DNA of 48,307 nucleotides from Phycisphaeraceae bacterium (GTDB lineage Bacteria > Planctomycetota > Phycisphaerae > Phycisphaerales > Phycisphaeraceae): contig JAJDCV010000282.1 of the NCBI GenBank assembly GCA_029260675.1, forward strand, positions 1 through 48,307. Direction: 5' to 3'. The translations under genes and the position numbers were made by a program. Numbering within the stretch: the stretch's first letter is position 1; every line of letters begins with the position of its first letter. Positions 1 to 8,699 of the stretch are shown here, piece after piece. The notes beneath the pieces are model-generated. The model did not search any database, was not told the DNA's origin, and saw only the letters and a list, made by a program, of their open reading frames with translations.

Positions 1-99
1 GTACGAGAGCGCCAATAACAAAAGCCCGACGCCGACGGCGAGCTGCCTGGTATTTGACTTGGGAAACGGCCCCTGATCGTGATGGCTTGGTTTAGGCAT
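1..99 (-). CDS. hypothetical protein, N-terminal fragment running off the window start
   Basis: ATG at 99..97, overlapping the end of the ahbAB gene by 8 nt. Reads MPKPSHHDQGPFPKSNTRQLAVGVGLLLLALSY with no stop down to position 1. The hydrophobic stretch suggests a membrane anchor or signal peptide. Too short for the ORF track, so this is a weak call. Confidence 0.25.
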   Translation of the reverse strand, partial: MPKPSHHDQGPFPKSNTRQLAVGVGLLLLALSY

Positions 100-1087
100 C
101 GGTGAAGTACTTGACGCGTTGTTTTTTGAATTCGGTGCTGCTGTAGAGCGTGCGTTCGCCGGTGACCCCGAAGGGGGCGAGGTCTTGTTTGATCCGGTCG
201 ATCACGGCCTGGCATTCTTCTTCGCTGCGTGCGTGGATCATGGTGTATAGGTTGTAGGGCCAGGCGTCCGAGCACGGGCGCTGGTAGCAGTGGCTGACCT
301 CGGGCGCATCGGCGGCGATCTTGCCGGCCTCTTCGATGTGCTGATCGGGGACGCGCCAGACGGCCATGCCGTTGGCGGTGAACCCGGCCTGGCGGTGGCG
401 CAGGATCGCGGCGAATCGGCGCATCACGCCGGCGTCCTGCATCTTCTTCATCCAGGCACACAGCTCGTCGAAACCAACGCCGGCTTCCTGGCAGGCCTGT
501 TCGAACGGCTGATCGACAAGCGGCAGGTCTTCCTGAAGGGCGCGGATATAGGCCTTGTCGGTTTCGGTCAGCTCGACGGGGTCTTTATGGCTTTGGTGTC
601 TGGGACGCGGCGCTGCCCCCGGTTTGCCGGGCTGGTCGCCGCCGACGTCAAGCTTTACGCCGATACGGAAGGTGCGGATGGTTGGTAGCGGCAGGTAGTC
701 TTCGAACTTTGCGTCCTTTGCCAGCTGCTTCATGTGCTCGTCCAGCGACTCGCCGGGCGGCACGGCCAGGGTGAACCATAGGTTGAACTCGGCGTCGCGG
801 CGGTAGTTGTGGCTGACGCCGGGGTGTTGGCTGACCACGTCCGCGGCCTCTTGTAAACGCTCCTCGGGCACGCGCGCCGCGGCAAGTGTGCCGGTGTAGC
901 CGAGCATCTTGGTGTCGAAGATCGCGGAGACCTGCCGGATGATCCCGGTGGCCTTGAGTGCTTTAACACGAACCAAGACCTCCTGGGCGGTCAAACCGAG
1001 TTCGTGACCCATCGCCTGCCAAGGCGAGTCGGACAAGGGGAAATCGAACTGCATGCGGTTAAGCAGTTGCTTGTCCAGTTCGTCCAT
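92..1087 (-). CDS. ahbAB: fused AhbA-AhbB type siroheme decarboxylase (NirD/L/G/H family, two Lrp/AsnC-like halves)
   Basis: Internal ATG of ORF 92..1315 at residue 77 (MDELDKQLLNRMQFDFPLSDSPW...). The longer ORF would overlap hemA. There are two tandem halves with the family pattern (LDxxDxxLLN..FPL...P, then a second half LTETDKAYIRALQEDLPLVDQPF) joined by a Pro/Gly-rich linker. The gene sits next to hemA. Confidence 0.8.
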   Translation of the reverse strand: MDELDKQLLNRMQFDFPLSDSPWQAMGHELGLTAQEVLVRVKALKATGIIRQVSAIFDTKMLGYTGTLAAARVPEERLQEAADVVSQHPGVSHNYRRDAEFNLWFTLAVPPGESLDEHMKQLAKDAKFEDYLPLPTIRTFRIGVKLDVGGDQPGKPGAAPRPRHQSHKDPVELTETDKAYIRALQEDLPLVDQPFEQACQEAGVGFDELCAWMKKMQDAGVMRRFAAILRHRQAGFTANGMAVWRVPDQHIEEAGKIAADAPEVSHCYQRPCSDAWPYNLYTMIHARSEEECQAVIDRIKQDLAPFGVTGERTLYSSTEFKKQRVKYFTDA

Positions 1088-1119
1088 GACGTGTTCGCGG
1101 GTTGGTTGAGTCGTCGGGG

Positions 1120-2412
1120 TCAATTCTGTTCTCCGGATGATCCGTTGCCGGCCTGCTTGCTTGCGATGTCGTGCAGTGTCTGTGCCAGTGTTTTCGAGAC
1201 ACCGGTGCCGCCGTGCTCTCGGAGTGTGGATACGCAGGGGTGCATGAACTTGTTGACCAGGCGTTGGGTTGCCTGGAGGATCGCGGCTCGCTGCTCGTCG
1301 GTCAAGCCGGAGCACGCGTTGAACAATTCTTCCAGCTCGTGGTCGTGAACGGCCTGGGCGTCCTGGTAGAGCTGCTGGATCATCGGTCGTGCCTGGCTGA
1401 CTGCCAGCCAGTGATCGAACTCATCGATCGATTCGTCGAGGATCTGCTCGCATCGCCCGACCTGGTTCATGCGGTGTTGTTGATTCTCGGCGACGATGCG
1501 GCCCAGCTCGTCGATGTCGTAGAGGTAGACGCTGCCGTACTCGCCGACCGCGGGGTCGACGTTGCGCGGTACGGCCAGGTCGATCAGGAAGATCGGGCGT
1601 CGGCGTCGTTGCTTCTGGATGGCTTCGATGCGCTGTGTCGTGATGATCGGGCGTGGGCAACGGGTCGCGGCGACGACGATGTCGGCGTTGGCGAGCTGTT
1701 CGTCGAGTTGGTCGTAGGGTACGGCCGAACCGTTGCAGGCCTCGGCGAGCACGCGGGCGTTGTTCAGCGTCCGGCTGGTGATGGTGAAGTTGTGGGCGTC
1801 GGCCTTGCGCAGGTGCTGGCAGACGAGCTGGGCCATCTCGCCGGCGCCGATCACCAGCACGTGCTTGTCGGCAAAGTCGCTGAAGATACTCCGGGCGACG
1901 TCCACGGCGACGGAGGGCACGGAGACCTTGCGTCGTCCGATCTCGGTCTCGCTGTGTACGCGTTTGGCGGTGTTGAACGCCTGGTGGAACAGGCGGTTGA
2001 GGTGTCGGCCTGTGGTGCCCTGCTCGCTGGCCTGGGCGAAGGCGGCCTTGACCTGCCCGACGATCTGGTTTTCACCGACGACCATCGAGTCCAGACTCGA
2101 CGCGACACGGAAAAGGTGGCGCACCGCCTGCTCGTCCTTGAGCCGGTAGAGATGTTGTTTAAAGGATCGCACCGGCAGATCGCGGGCCTGGGCCAGGAAC
2201 GAGATGATCTCGTTCTCCGTGGGGTGGTCCTGCTCGGTCGCGATCAGGACCTCGACACGGTTGCAGGTCGAGAGGATCGCCGCCTCACAGCCGGGGTACT
2301 GGTTGCGCAGCAACATCAGCGCGGTGGATACGCCCTCGGCACTGAAGGCGAGCTGCTCGCGCACCTCGACGGGCGCGGTGCGGTGGTTCAAGCCGATCAA
2401 CATAATCGTCAT
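1120..2412 (-). CDS. hemA: glutamyl-tRNA reductase
   Basis: 430 aa. The N-terminus MTIMLIGLNHRTAPVEVREQLAF and the dinucleotide-binding VLVIGAGEMA motif are typical of HemA. The ATG at 2412..2410 overlaps the ccmD stop (ATGA). Confidence 0.9.
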   Translation of the reverse strand: MTIMLIGLNHRTAPVEVREQLAFSAEGVSTALMLLRNQYPGCEAAILSTCNRVEVLIATEQDHPTENEIISFLAQARDLPVRSFKQHLYRLKDEQAVRHLFRVASSLDSMVVGENQIVGQVKAAFAQASEQGTTGRHLNRLFHQAFNTAKRVHSETEIGRRKVSVPSVAVDVARSIFSDFADKHVLVIGAGEMAQLVCQHLRKADAHNFTITSRTLNNARVLAEACNGSAVPYDQLDEQLANADIVVAATRCPRPIITTQRIEAIQKQRRRRPIFLIDLAVPRNVDPAVGEYGSVYLYDIDELGRIVAENQQHRMNQVGRCEQILDESIDEFDHWLAVSQARPMIQQLYQDAQAVHDHELEELFNACSGLTDEQRAAILQATQRLVNKFMHPCVSTLREHGGTGVSKTLAQTLHDIASKQAGNGSSGEQN

Positions 2413-2588
2413 GACGGGTCACTCCCCCCCCGATTAGACCCAGGATTGCCCTGTGGATATTTACCTGCGTTGTCTTGGTTATCGTTCGTTTTCTGCCGAC
2501 GGGCCGACAGCCATAAGGTCGCGGCATAACCCCACAGCAACAGGATCGTGACGGCGTAGGCGGCGACGGCGTGGGTGGTCGCGCTCAT
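2409..2588 (-). CDS. ccmD: haem exporter protein D (CcmD), 59 aa, absent from the ORF track
   Basis: Hand translation gives MSATTHAVAAYAVTILLLWGYAATLWLSARRQKTNDNQDNAGKYPQGNPGSNRGGSDPS*. It has one TM helix followed by RRQ, as in CcmD. The ATG overlaps the ccmC stop (ATGA at 2585..2588) and the stop overlaps the hemA ATG (ATGA at 2409..2412). It sits in the canonical position after ccmC. Confidence 0.55.
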   Translation of the reverse strand: MSATTHAVAAYAVTILLLWGYAATLWLSARRQKTNDNQDNAGKYPQGNPGSNRGGSDPS

Positions 2589-3289
2589 GTGAGTCCTCCC
2601 GCGGGGCGGACCGGGATCACATCTAGCGACGGGTCGTCCGCTTCCTGCATGGATAAGGTTTCAGCCCGTTGCAGGTGGAACCGCGCCGCGATCAGGCCGG
2701 CCGCCAGCATCGTCACCGGCACGAAGCAGGACAGCAGTGTCAATTTCATCTCAGGCGCCAGCGCGATCGACGATGGGTGGATGTCGGGCATCAGCTTGAC
2801 CGACAGATAAACCAACGGCACATCCAGGAAAGCCACAACCCCGTACACGGAGCTGACCAGCGCCCTTCGTTGGCGCGACTCGATCGACGGGCGGATCACC
2901 AGGTAGGCGACGTAGAGCAGCCACAGCACGAGACTGAAAGTGAGCCTCGGGCTCCAGGTCCACCACTGTCCCCAGGCGCTGTGTCCCCAGATCATCCCGG
3001 TCAGCAGGACGATGCTGCACAGCAGCACCGCAACTTTCGCCGAGGACGCAGCCAGGTCGTCCCAGACCTGACGCCGCTGCCAGAGGTACCCGATGCTGGC
3101 GATGAACGTGACCATACACGCCAGGAAGGTGTTAATCGCCACCGGCATGTGCAGGTAGAAGACTTTCTGCACCGTGCCCATCGTCGCCTCGGTCGGCGTC
3201 CAGGCGAAGACCATCGCGACCGCCGCGGCAAACATTGCCGCCGTTGCCAGCCAGTACGCGGTCCAGATTTTCTTTTTCAGCGTATTCAT
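2585..3289 (-). CDS. ccmC: haem exporter protein C (CcmC)
   Basis: 234 aa polytopic membrane protein with the Trp-rich WWD motif WGHSAWGQWWTWSPRLT. Confidence 0.9.
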   Translation of the reverse strand: MNTLKKKIWTAYWLATAAMFAAAVAMVFAWTPTEATMGTVQKVFYLHMPVAINTFLACMVTFIASIGYLWQRRQVWDDLAASSAKVAVLLCSIVLLTGMIWGHSAWGQWWTWSPRLTFSLVLWLLYVAYLVIRPSIESRQRRALVSSVYGVVAFLDVPLVYLSVKLMPDIHPSSIALAPEMKLTLLSCFVPVTMLAAGLIAARFHLQRAETLSMQEADDPSLDVIPVRPAGGLT

Positions 3290-3298
3290 GGGCCGCCT

Positions 3299-3976
3299 TT
3301 ATGGTTCTAGGATCAGCTCAAATACCAGCCAGCTCACGACCAGGTAGACCGCGTCGAACGCGATCAACACCGTCAGGCCCACCGAGCCCAGGGGTTCGCC
3401 CTCGCCGAAGAGCCGCGCCATCATCTGGGTCGATGCGATCACCAGCGGCAGCGACAATGGGAACACGACCATCGCCAGCAGGCCGCCCTGCAATCGGGTC
3501 GAACTCACCGCCGCGGCGAAGAGTGTCCCGACCGCTGCGAACCCGACGAAACCCCCCGCCATGATCGCGGCGAAACCGAAAGGCGAAGCCGACAGGTCGA
3601 AGCCGAACATCACGACCGCGACCGGCGTGACGACCAACGCCAGCGCCACCATCAGCGCCAGGTTGCTTATAAGTTTGCCGGCGTAGATCACGCCCCGGTC
3701 GATCGGAGCCAGCATCAGCCCGGCCAGCGCCCCGTCGTGACGCTCGACCGCCATGGTTTTTTCAAAGCACAACACCCCGCCGAACAGGTACGCGACCCAG
3801 AGTACGGCCGTGGCCGCCATCCCCGACGCGACCTGCTGCGGGCCGAGCCCAAGACCCAGCACCACGACGATCAGCACGCCCAGCACCACGACCAGCCCAA
3901 GGGTCTGTCGGCTGCGCGCCTCGATGCGCAGGTCCTTGCCGCTGACTAATGCGATCTGTCGCAGCACCTTGGTCAT
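3299..3976 (-). CDS. ccmB: haem exporter permease CcmB
   Basis: 225 aa, six hydrophobic segments. It lies between ccmA and ccmC, and its ATG overlaps the ccmA stop (ATGA). Confidence 0.85.
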   Translation of the reverse strand: MTKVLRQIALVSGKDLRIEARSRQTLGLVVVLGVLIVVVLGLGLGPQQVASGMAATAVLWVAYLFGGVLCFEKTMAVERHDGALAGLMLAPIDRGVIYAGKLISNLALMVALALVVTPVAVVMFGFDLSASPFGFAAIMAGGFVGFAAVGTLFAAAVSSTRLQGGLLAMVVFPLSLPLVIASTQMMARLFGEGEPLGSVGLTVLIAFDAVYLVVSWLVFELILEP

Positions 3977-4725
3977 CCGATCACCTCCCGCGTGACTTCC
4001 TCGGCATCGGCGTCGAGTACCGGCCGATCCGAGACGACGCCACCCTGACGCAGTACCACGACGCGCTGCGCCAATTCCAGGCTCTGGCGGACGTCGTGGT
4101 TGGTCAGGATCACGGTCTTGCCGTCGGCGTGCAGTTCGGACAGCAGAGCCGACACCGCCCGGACCGATGGCACGTCGAGTCCCGAGAAAGGCTCGTCGGC
4201 CAGCAGCAGTTCGGGCGCGTGCATCAGCGCCCGCGCGATCGACAAGCGTTGGGTCATCCCCCGGCTGAATGTCTTGACGACGCTCTGAGCGCGGTCGGCC
4301 AACCCGACACGCTCAAGCATGTCCAAGGCCCGTTGCTTGGGGCGCGACACGTCGTAGAGTTTCCCGAAGAAGATCAGGTTCTCGGCCGCCGAGAGGTCGC
4401 GGTAGAGCATCGGCTGGTGCCCGATCATGCCGAGCCTGGCCCGCAGCGCGGGGCTGGGACGTGCCGCCGATTCACCGAACAGGCACAACCCGCCGCGGGT
4501 CGCCGGGCTTAGCATCGCCAGCGTGTGCAGCAGCGTGCTCTTGCCCGCGCCGTTGGCGCCCAACAGCGCCAGGTACGAACCCATCGGCACGTCCAGGGTG
4601 ATATCACGCAGCACCCACCGCTCATCGTAGCGCTTGCTCAATCTGCGCATCGCCACCGCCGGGCTTGCCGTGCCGGGTACGGCATCGGCGAGAGGCATGA
4701 TGGATTCGGCGGTGATCGCTGTCAC
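3973..4725 (-). CDS. ccmA: haem exporter ATP-binding protein CcmA
   Basis: Walker A GANGAGKST, signature-like FSRGMTQRLSIARAL, Walker B LLLADEPFSGLD. GTG start at 4725 preceded by AAGGAAGG. An alternative ATG lies at 4698. Confidence 0.85.
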   Translation of the reverse strand: MTAITAESIMPLADAVPGTASPAVAMRRLSKRYDERWVLRDITLDVPMGSYLALLGANGAGKSTLLHTLAMLSPATRGGLCLFGESAARPSPALRARLGMIGHQPMLYRDLSAAENLIFFGKLYDVSRPKQRALDMLERVGLADRAQSVVKTFSRGMTQRLSIARALMHAPELLLADEPFSGLDVPSVRAVSALLSELHADGKTVILTNHDVRQSLELAQRVVVLRQGGVVSDRPVLDADAEEVTREVIG

Positions 4726-4750
4726 GTCGGCCTTCCTTGCGTTCTATGGT

Positions 4751-6025
4751 TTACGCAGCCGCGCTACTTGGCCCGCTTTTTTTCTTCGGCTTCAGCATCA
4801 CGAAAGTCCCGGCAAACACGAGCAGCACCGCGCCTCCACCGGCGATCAGTTTGATCATCACGGCCTGTGATGCGGGGGCGGCGGCACCGTGCACGGCTTC
4901 ATCGGGTGGTGCGTCGGGGGCCTGGATCACCAGACTCGTTGACGTGCCGGGCTGGACCTGCTTGGCGCTGTACATCCGGAACGTCTTCTCGCCTGCCTCG
5001 AACGGCGCCGCGGTCTCCAGGCCCTGCGCGGTGACTTCCAAGCCGTTGTCCGGCAGGATGACCATCAGGTGGTCGATCGCCGCGGGGTTTGCCAGCGCCA
5101 GGTTAAACAGGCCGTCTTCGGGCAACAGCATGTAGTCCACACGGAACTCGGTGGTGCCAGGCAGCAGTGGCATCGAATTAAGGATCTGGCCGCCTTGAAG
5201 CTCGAAGCCGCCGGTGTGGAATCCTTGCCCGGGCTGGACATTGTTCGCACCGACCGGGATCGGTAGCGCGAGGGTGGTACGGCCCGTGTTATGCGGATGG
5301 TCGTGTTTAGTTTCGTCATCCTGTACCGAAGCAAGCTCGTTGGCCACACCGATGTAGCTGCGGTCTGTCGGGTTGTTGATGGACCAGATCTCGGTGAGGT
5401 GCAGGTGCTGGTCAATCTGATTAGCCATCACGTGGCGCATCGCGATCCGCCATTGCGGTGCGGTGTCGGTTGTCTCGTAGACCTTCAGACTGATCAGTTG
5501 CTCGGGGTCATTGGGCCCCATCGGACGGCCGACGGATTCATAAGTCACGCCGGCGTATTCGATGATGGCCACCGGCTGCACCGGGGGGTCTAGCGGGATG
5601 CCCGTGATGACGGCCGTACCTTTGGCGTCCAGGTGGATGGTCAACTTCTTTAGCAGACCACTTCCCTGGTAAATATTGACGACCGCCTGACCGCCCGCGA
5701 TTGCCGGGCCGTCCTGTGTGCCTTGGACAGCTTTGATCATCAGCGACCCGGTGGTGATGCCCCCCGGGGTCTGTGCTGGGATCTGCGGATGATCTGCGGG
5801 CAACGGCGGATGGCCTTGCGGTAATTCGGGCTGATCTTGAGGCAGTTCGGGGTGGCCCTGGGGCAACGGCGGATGGCCCTGGGGGAGCGACCCGCCGTCC
5901 GGCTGCGTGGCCGGGGCGGCTTGCGCCTGCTCGGCCGGCTGCGTGTCTTGTGCGGACAGTGGGGTCGTCGCGTTGAAGATCGACACCGCGACGATCATGG
6001 CTGTCATGCAAATCAGGCGTTTCAT
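4751..6025 (-). CDS. hypothetical exported protein with His-Pro heptad repeats, beta-rich body and C-terminal TM anchor, embedded in the ccm operon
   Basis: Internal ATG (MKRLICMTAMIVAVSIFNATTPLSAQ, signal-peptide-like) overlaps the ccmF stop (ATGA at 6022..6025). It has five heptads PQGHPPL/PQGHPEL/PQDQPEL/PQGHPPL/PADHPQI. The C-terminal IAGGGAVLLVFAGTFVMLKPKKK looks like a membrane anchor. I recognise no family. Confidence 0.6.
   Translation of the reverse strand: MKRLICMTAMIVAVSIFNATTPLSAQDTQPAEQAQAAPATQPDGGSLPQGHPPLPQGHPELPQDQPELPQGHPPLPADHPQIPAQTPGGITTGSLMIKAVQGTQDGPAIAGGQAVVNIYQGSGLLKKLTIHLDAKGTAVITGIPLDPPVQPVAIIEYAGVTYESVGRPMGPNDPEQLISLKVYETTDTAPQWRIAMRHVMANQIDQHLHLTEIWSINNPTDRSYIGVANELASVQDDETKHDHPHNTGRTTLALPIPVGANNVQPGQGFHTGGFELQGGQILNSMPLLPGTTEFRVDYMLLPEDGLFNLALANPAAIDHLMVILPDNGLEVTAQGLETAAPFEAGEKTFRMYSAKQVQPGTSTSLVIQAPDAPPDEAVHGAAAPASQAVMIKLIAGGGAVLLVFAGTFVMLKPKKKSGPSSAAA
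5777..5884 (-). repeat. five imperfect 21-bp tandem coding repeats (His-Pro heptads)
   Basis: On the plus strand the unit ggcaacggcggatggcc(c/t)tg(c/g)gg recurs. It encodes residues 48..83 of the 4751..6025 protein. Confidence 0.6.
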
Positions 6026-8130
6026 TTCGATGCCTCCGCGTATAGCTCGGTGCTTGTTGTCTGGGTTTGTGATGCGCATTGACCCTCACCGGCCAGCGCC
6101 AGGGGGATCGTGCCCGGGGCGTGCGCGTGAGGATTGTGTTTCGGCGACTTGGTCGGGTCGTGGGCGACGGCGGTAGCCTTGATCAGCTTCGGCATCAGGC
6201 AGAAGACCGCGCCCAGGCTCATGACGATCCCGCCGACCCATATCCACGCGACCAGAGGATTGATGATCACTTGGATGGCCACGAGCTGGCCGTCGTTTTC
6301 CCAGCCGGCGAGTGTCACATAAGAGTCTTGCTTCAACGATGAGTTTAGAGCGACCTGCGCGCTGGGCTGCTCGGACTTGTCGTAGAACCGCATCTCCGGA
6401 TGAAGTTTCTGCCCGGCGTCCCCGGGGCCGGCGTCCGGCGGGGTCAGTGTGACATGCGCTTCAACCGACGTGTAATTGACTTTACGGGACTGTTTCAGCT
6501 CGCCGAAGGTGATGGTGTACCCGTTGAAGTCGGCTGAGGCACCCGGCGCGAGTTGGAAGGTGTGCTTGGTGCCAAACAGGCTCGACCCGGCAACCCCGAC
6601 CATGAGCATGACTACGCCCATGTGTACGAACTGCCCGCCGTAACGGCGGTGGTTGGCGTCGATGACACACATCGCCGCGGTCAACCACCGCTCGTCCTCG
6701 ATCTTCCGACGCTGCCGGACGGTCCGGGTCAACCCGACGCCGACACTGCACACCGCGACGGCCGTGATGGCGGTGCAGGCCAGCGCCCAGGGATTGGTCA
6801 TGCCAAAAACCATGGCCGCGATCACGGCAACGATCGCCGCGATGCCCGGCACAATCAGGCCCCGGATCAGCTGCCGTCCCGCGCCCTGGCCGTAACTCAG
6901 CAACGGCCCGACCGACATCACCGCGATCAGGGCCAGCGCCAGCGGGATCACGACCTTGTTGTAGAACTCGGCGCCGACTGTCACCGGCTGGGGCATCACC
7001 ACGCCGCTGATCAGCGGGAAGATCGTCCCGACTAAGGTGGCAAGCGTCATCAGCACCAGCAGCACGTTCAGCGCGAGGAATGCGCCCTCGCGAGTCAGCA
7101 TCCCCGCGATGGTGTCTTCACTCTTAATCAACCGGCGGCGGGCGACGACAACGACGATGCTCAGCAACACGCACACGCCCAGGAACACCAGGAAGAACGT
7201 CCCGATCACCGACTCACCAAACGAATGCACCGATTGCACGACGCCGCTGCGTGTCAGGTAGGTCCCGAAGATGCACAGCAGGAAGGTGCAGGAGATCAGC
7301 GCCGCGTTCCAGACCTTGAACATCCCCCGGTGCTGCTGGACCATCACCGAGTGAAGCAGCGCGGTCCCGGTCAGCCAGGGCAGCAGCGAGGCGTTTTCAA
7401 CCGGGTCCCAGGCCCAGTACCCGCCCCAGCCCAATTCGATGTACGCCCACTTGGCGCCGAGGATGATCCCGACGGTCAGGAAAAGCCAGGACACCATCAG
7501 CCAACTGCGTGTCGCGCCGATCCACTGGTTGTCTTTACGCCCGGCGATCAGTGCCGCCAGCAGCATCGCCCAGGGGATCGTGTACCCGGCATACCCGACA
7601 AACAGCAACGGCGGGTGCGCGATCATGTAGGGGTCTTGCAGCAGCGGGTTCAGCCCGTGGCCGTCGACCGCCTGTGCCGGCAGTTGCACGAACGGGTTGG
7701 CGGCGAACAGCATCAGGGCCGCGAAGAACCCGCATACCAATGCCAACACGCCGAGCATCGCGGCCTGCTCCGTGCGCTCACGGTTTCTAAACCCGTGCGC
7801 CGCGACCGCGGCCATCCCCGCCAGCAGCAGGGTCCAGAGCATCAGGCTGCCTTCCTGCCCGGCCCAGAAGGCGGCGACCTTGTAGCCCATCGGCAACGCA
7901 CGTTCGGTGTAGCTGGCGACGTAGGCGTTCTGGAAGTCGCTGTTGATCAACGCCGACAGCAGCGCCCAGGACCCGGCCACGATCGCCAGGCCAAGAACGT
8001 AGTGCAGCCAACGCGCCAAAGTAAGCATCTTGTCGTTGCCGAACTTCGCCGCCGCGACTGATGTGAACAACGCCCCCGCCGCCGCAAGCACCGCAATCGC
8101 CAGACTCAGGTTTCCGATCAGGGCGTTCAT
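6022..8130 (-). CDS. ccmF: cytochrome c-type biogenesis protein CcmF (haem lyase component)
   Basis: Large polytopic protein with the WWD motif LGWGGYWAWDPVENASLLPWL. The ATG at 8130 (MNALIGNLS...) overlaps the ccmE stop (ATGA). The C-terminal tail is His-rich (HDPTKSPKHNPHAHAPG). Confidence 0.9.
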   Translation of the reverse strand: MNALIGNLSLAIAVLAAAGALFTSVAAAKFGNDKMLTLARWLHYVLGLAIVAGSWALLSALINSDFQNAYVASYTERALPMGYKVAAFWAGQEGSLMLWTLLLAGMAAVAAHGFRNRERTEQAAMLGVLALVCGFFAALMLFAANPFVQLPAQAVDGHGLNPLLQDPYMIAHPPLLFVGYAGYTIPWAMLLAALIAGRKDNQWIGATRSWLMVSWLFLTVGIILGAKWAYIELGWGGYWAWDPVENASLLPWLTGTALLHSVMVQQHRGMFKVWNAALISCTFLLCIFGTYLTRSGVVQSVHSFGESVIGTFFLVFLGVCVLLSIVVVVARRRLIKSEDTIAGMLTREGAFLALNVLLVLMTLATLVGTIFPLISGVVMPQPVTVGAEFYNKVVIPLALALIAVMSVGPLLSYGQGAGRQLIRGLIVPGIAAIVAVIAAMVFGMTNPWALACTAITAVAVCSVGVGLTRTVRQRRKIEDERWLTAAMCVIDANHRRYGGQFVHMGVVMLMVGVAGSSLFGTKHTFQLAPGASADFNGYTITFGELKQSRKVNYTSVEAHVTLTPPDAGPGDAGQKLHPEMRFYDKSEQPSAQVALNSSLKQDSYVTLAGWENDGQLVAIQVIINPLVAWIWVGGIVMSLGAVFCLMPKLIKATAVAHDPTKSPKHNPHAHAPGTIPLALAGEGQCASQTQTTSTELYAEASK

Positions 8131-8543
8131 TGGGATGCCTCCAACCGCTTGGCGTGTTCTTCGGACTGGTACTTGCTGGCACACTTGGTCATCAGGGTGT
8201 CTGCCTGGAAGACGCCGGCCTCGTCGAGCTTGCCCTCGACCATCACCTCGCCGCCGGGCTTGAAGGTGTCGGGGACGACGCCCTGGTAATGCACGGAGAC
8301 GCGGTTGCTCTCGCCGTGCAGGTCGAACTTCGCGGTCAACATGGCCGGGGCAACATCGACATTCTCCTGATCGACGAGCCCAAACAGCCTGACCCGCCGG
8401 TCCTGGTAGGCCGTGTCCTGCACGAAATCATCCACGTGCAGGTAGTAAACCCAGCCGCTCTTGACCCCCGCCACCGCCAGGTAGCCCACGGAGGCGATCA
8501 GGACCATACCGGCGATCAACATCTTGATACGTACATGTGTCAT
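8127..8543 (-). CDS. ccmE: haem chaperone CcmE, Cys-variant (CXXXY instead of HXXXY)
   Basis: MTHVRIKMLIAGMVLIASVGYLAV TM anchor followed by an OB-fold-like body. The C-terminal LMTKCASKY aligns with the E. coli LAKHDENY haem-binding site. The Cys codon is at 8181..8183. Start taken at ATG 8543, because the ORF-track extension to 8654 is hydrophobic nonsense. Confidence 0.85.
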   Translation of the reverse strand: MTHVRIKMLIAGMVLIASVGYLAVAGVKSGWVYYLHVDDFVQDTAYQDRRVRLFGLVDQENVDVAPAMLTAKFDLHGESNRVSVHYQGVVPDTFKPGGEVMVEGKLDEAGVFQADTLMTKCASKYQSEEHAKRLEASQ

Positions 8544-8699
8544 AAGCCCGTCCCTTTTACACAGCGCGTCGGGATACCTCACACAAAGCAAGTGCCAAAC
8601 CACGATCACTGTTGGCACCGATGGACGATTCATAATTATCATAAAATCAAGCATTTACAAGCTATATTGGGTTTGTGTCTCCGGCCGGGGCCCCGGCAA

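Noticed and set aside
1088-1315. N-terminal extensions suggested by the ORF track: 92..1315, 11751..13100, 8127..8654, 6022..8184, 4751..6079, 17066..17728, 37178..38521 and 43221..44636.
   Set aside because: The extensions overlap the upstream gene or encode Arg/Pro-rich nonsense. Internal ATGs give proper signal peptides, ribosome-binding sites or 4-nt coupling with the preceding stop. Some track starts are non-ATG codons shown as M, for example TTG at 17728.
1171-2529. A 452-aa plus-strand ORF opposite hemA. Similar long ORFs lie opposite well-supported genes, for example 22288..23505 (+), 23905..25182 (+), 27826..28968 (+), 38428..39708 (-), 13465..14604 (+) and 18449..19468 (-).
   Set aside because: Their composition is dominated by R/G/A/P/D/V/L runs with no recognisable motifs, as expected for open off-frames in GC-rich DNA. 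Each is fully overlapped by a gene with clear family signatures on the other strand or in another frame.
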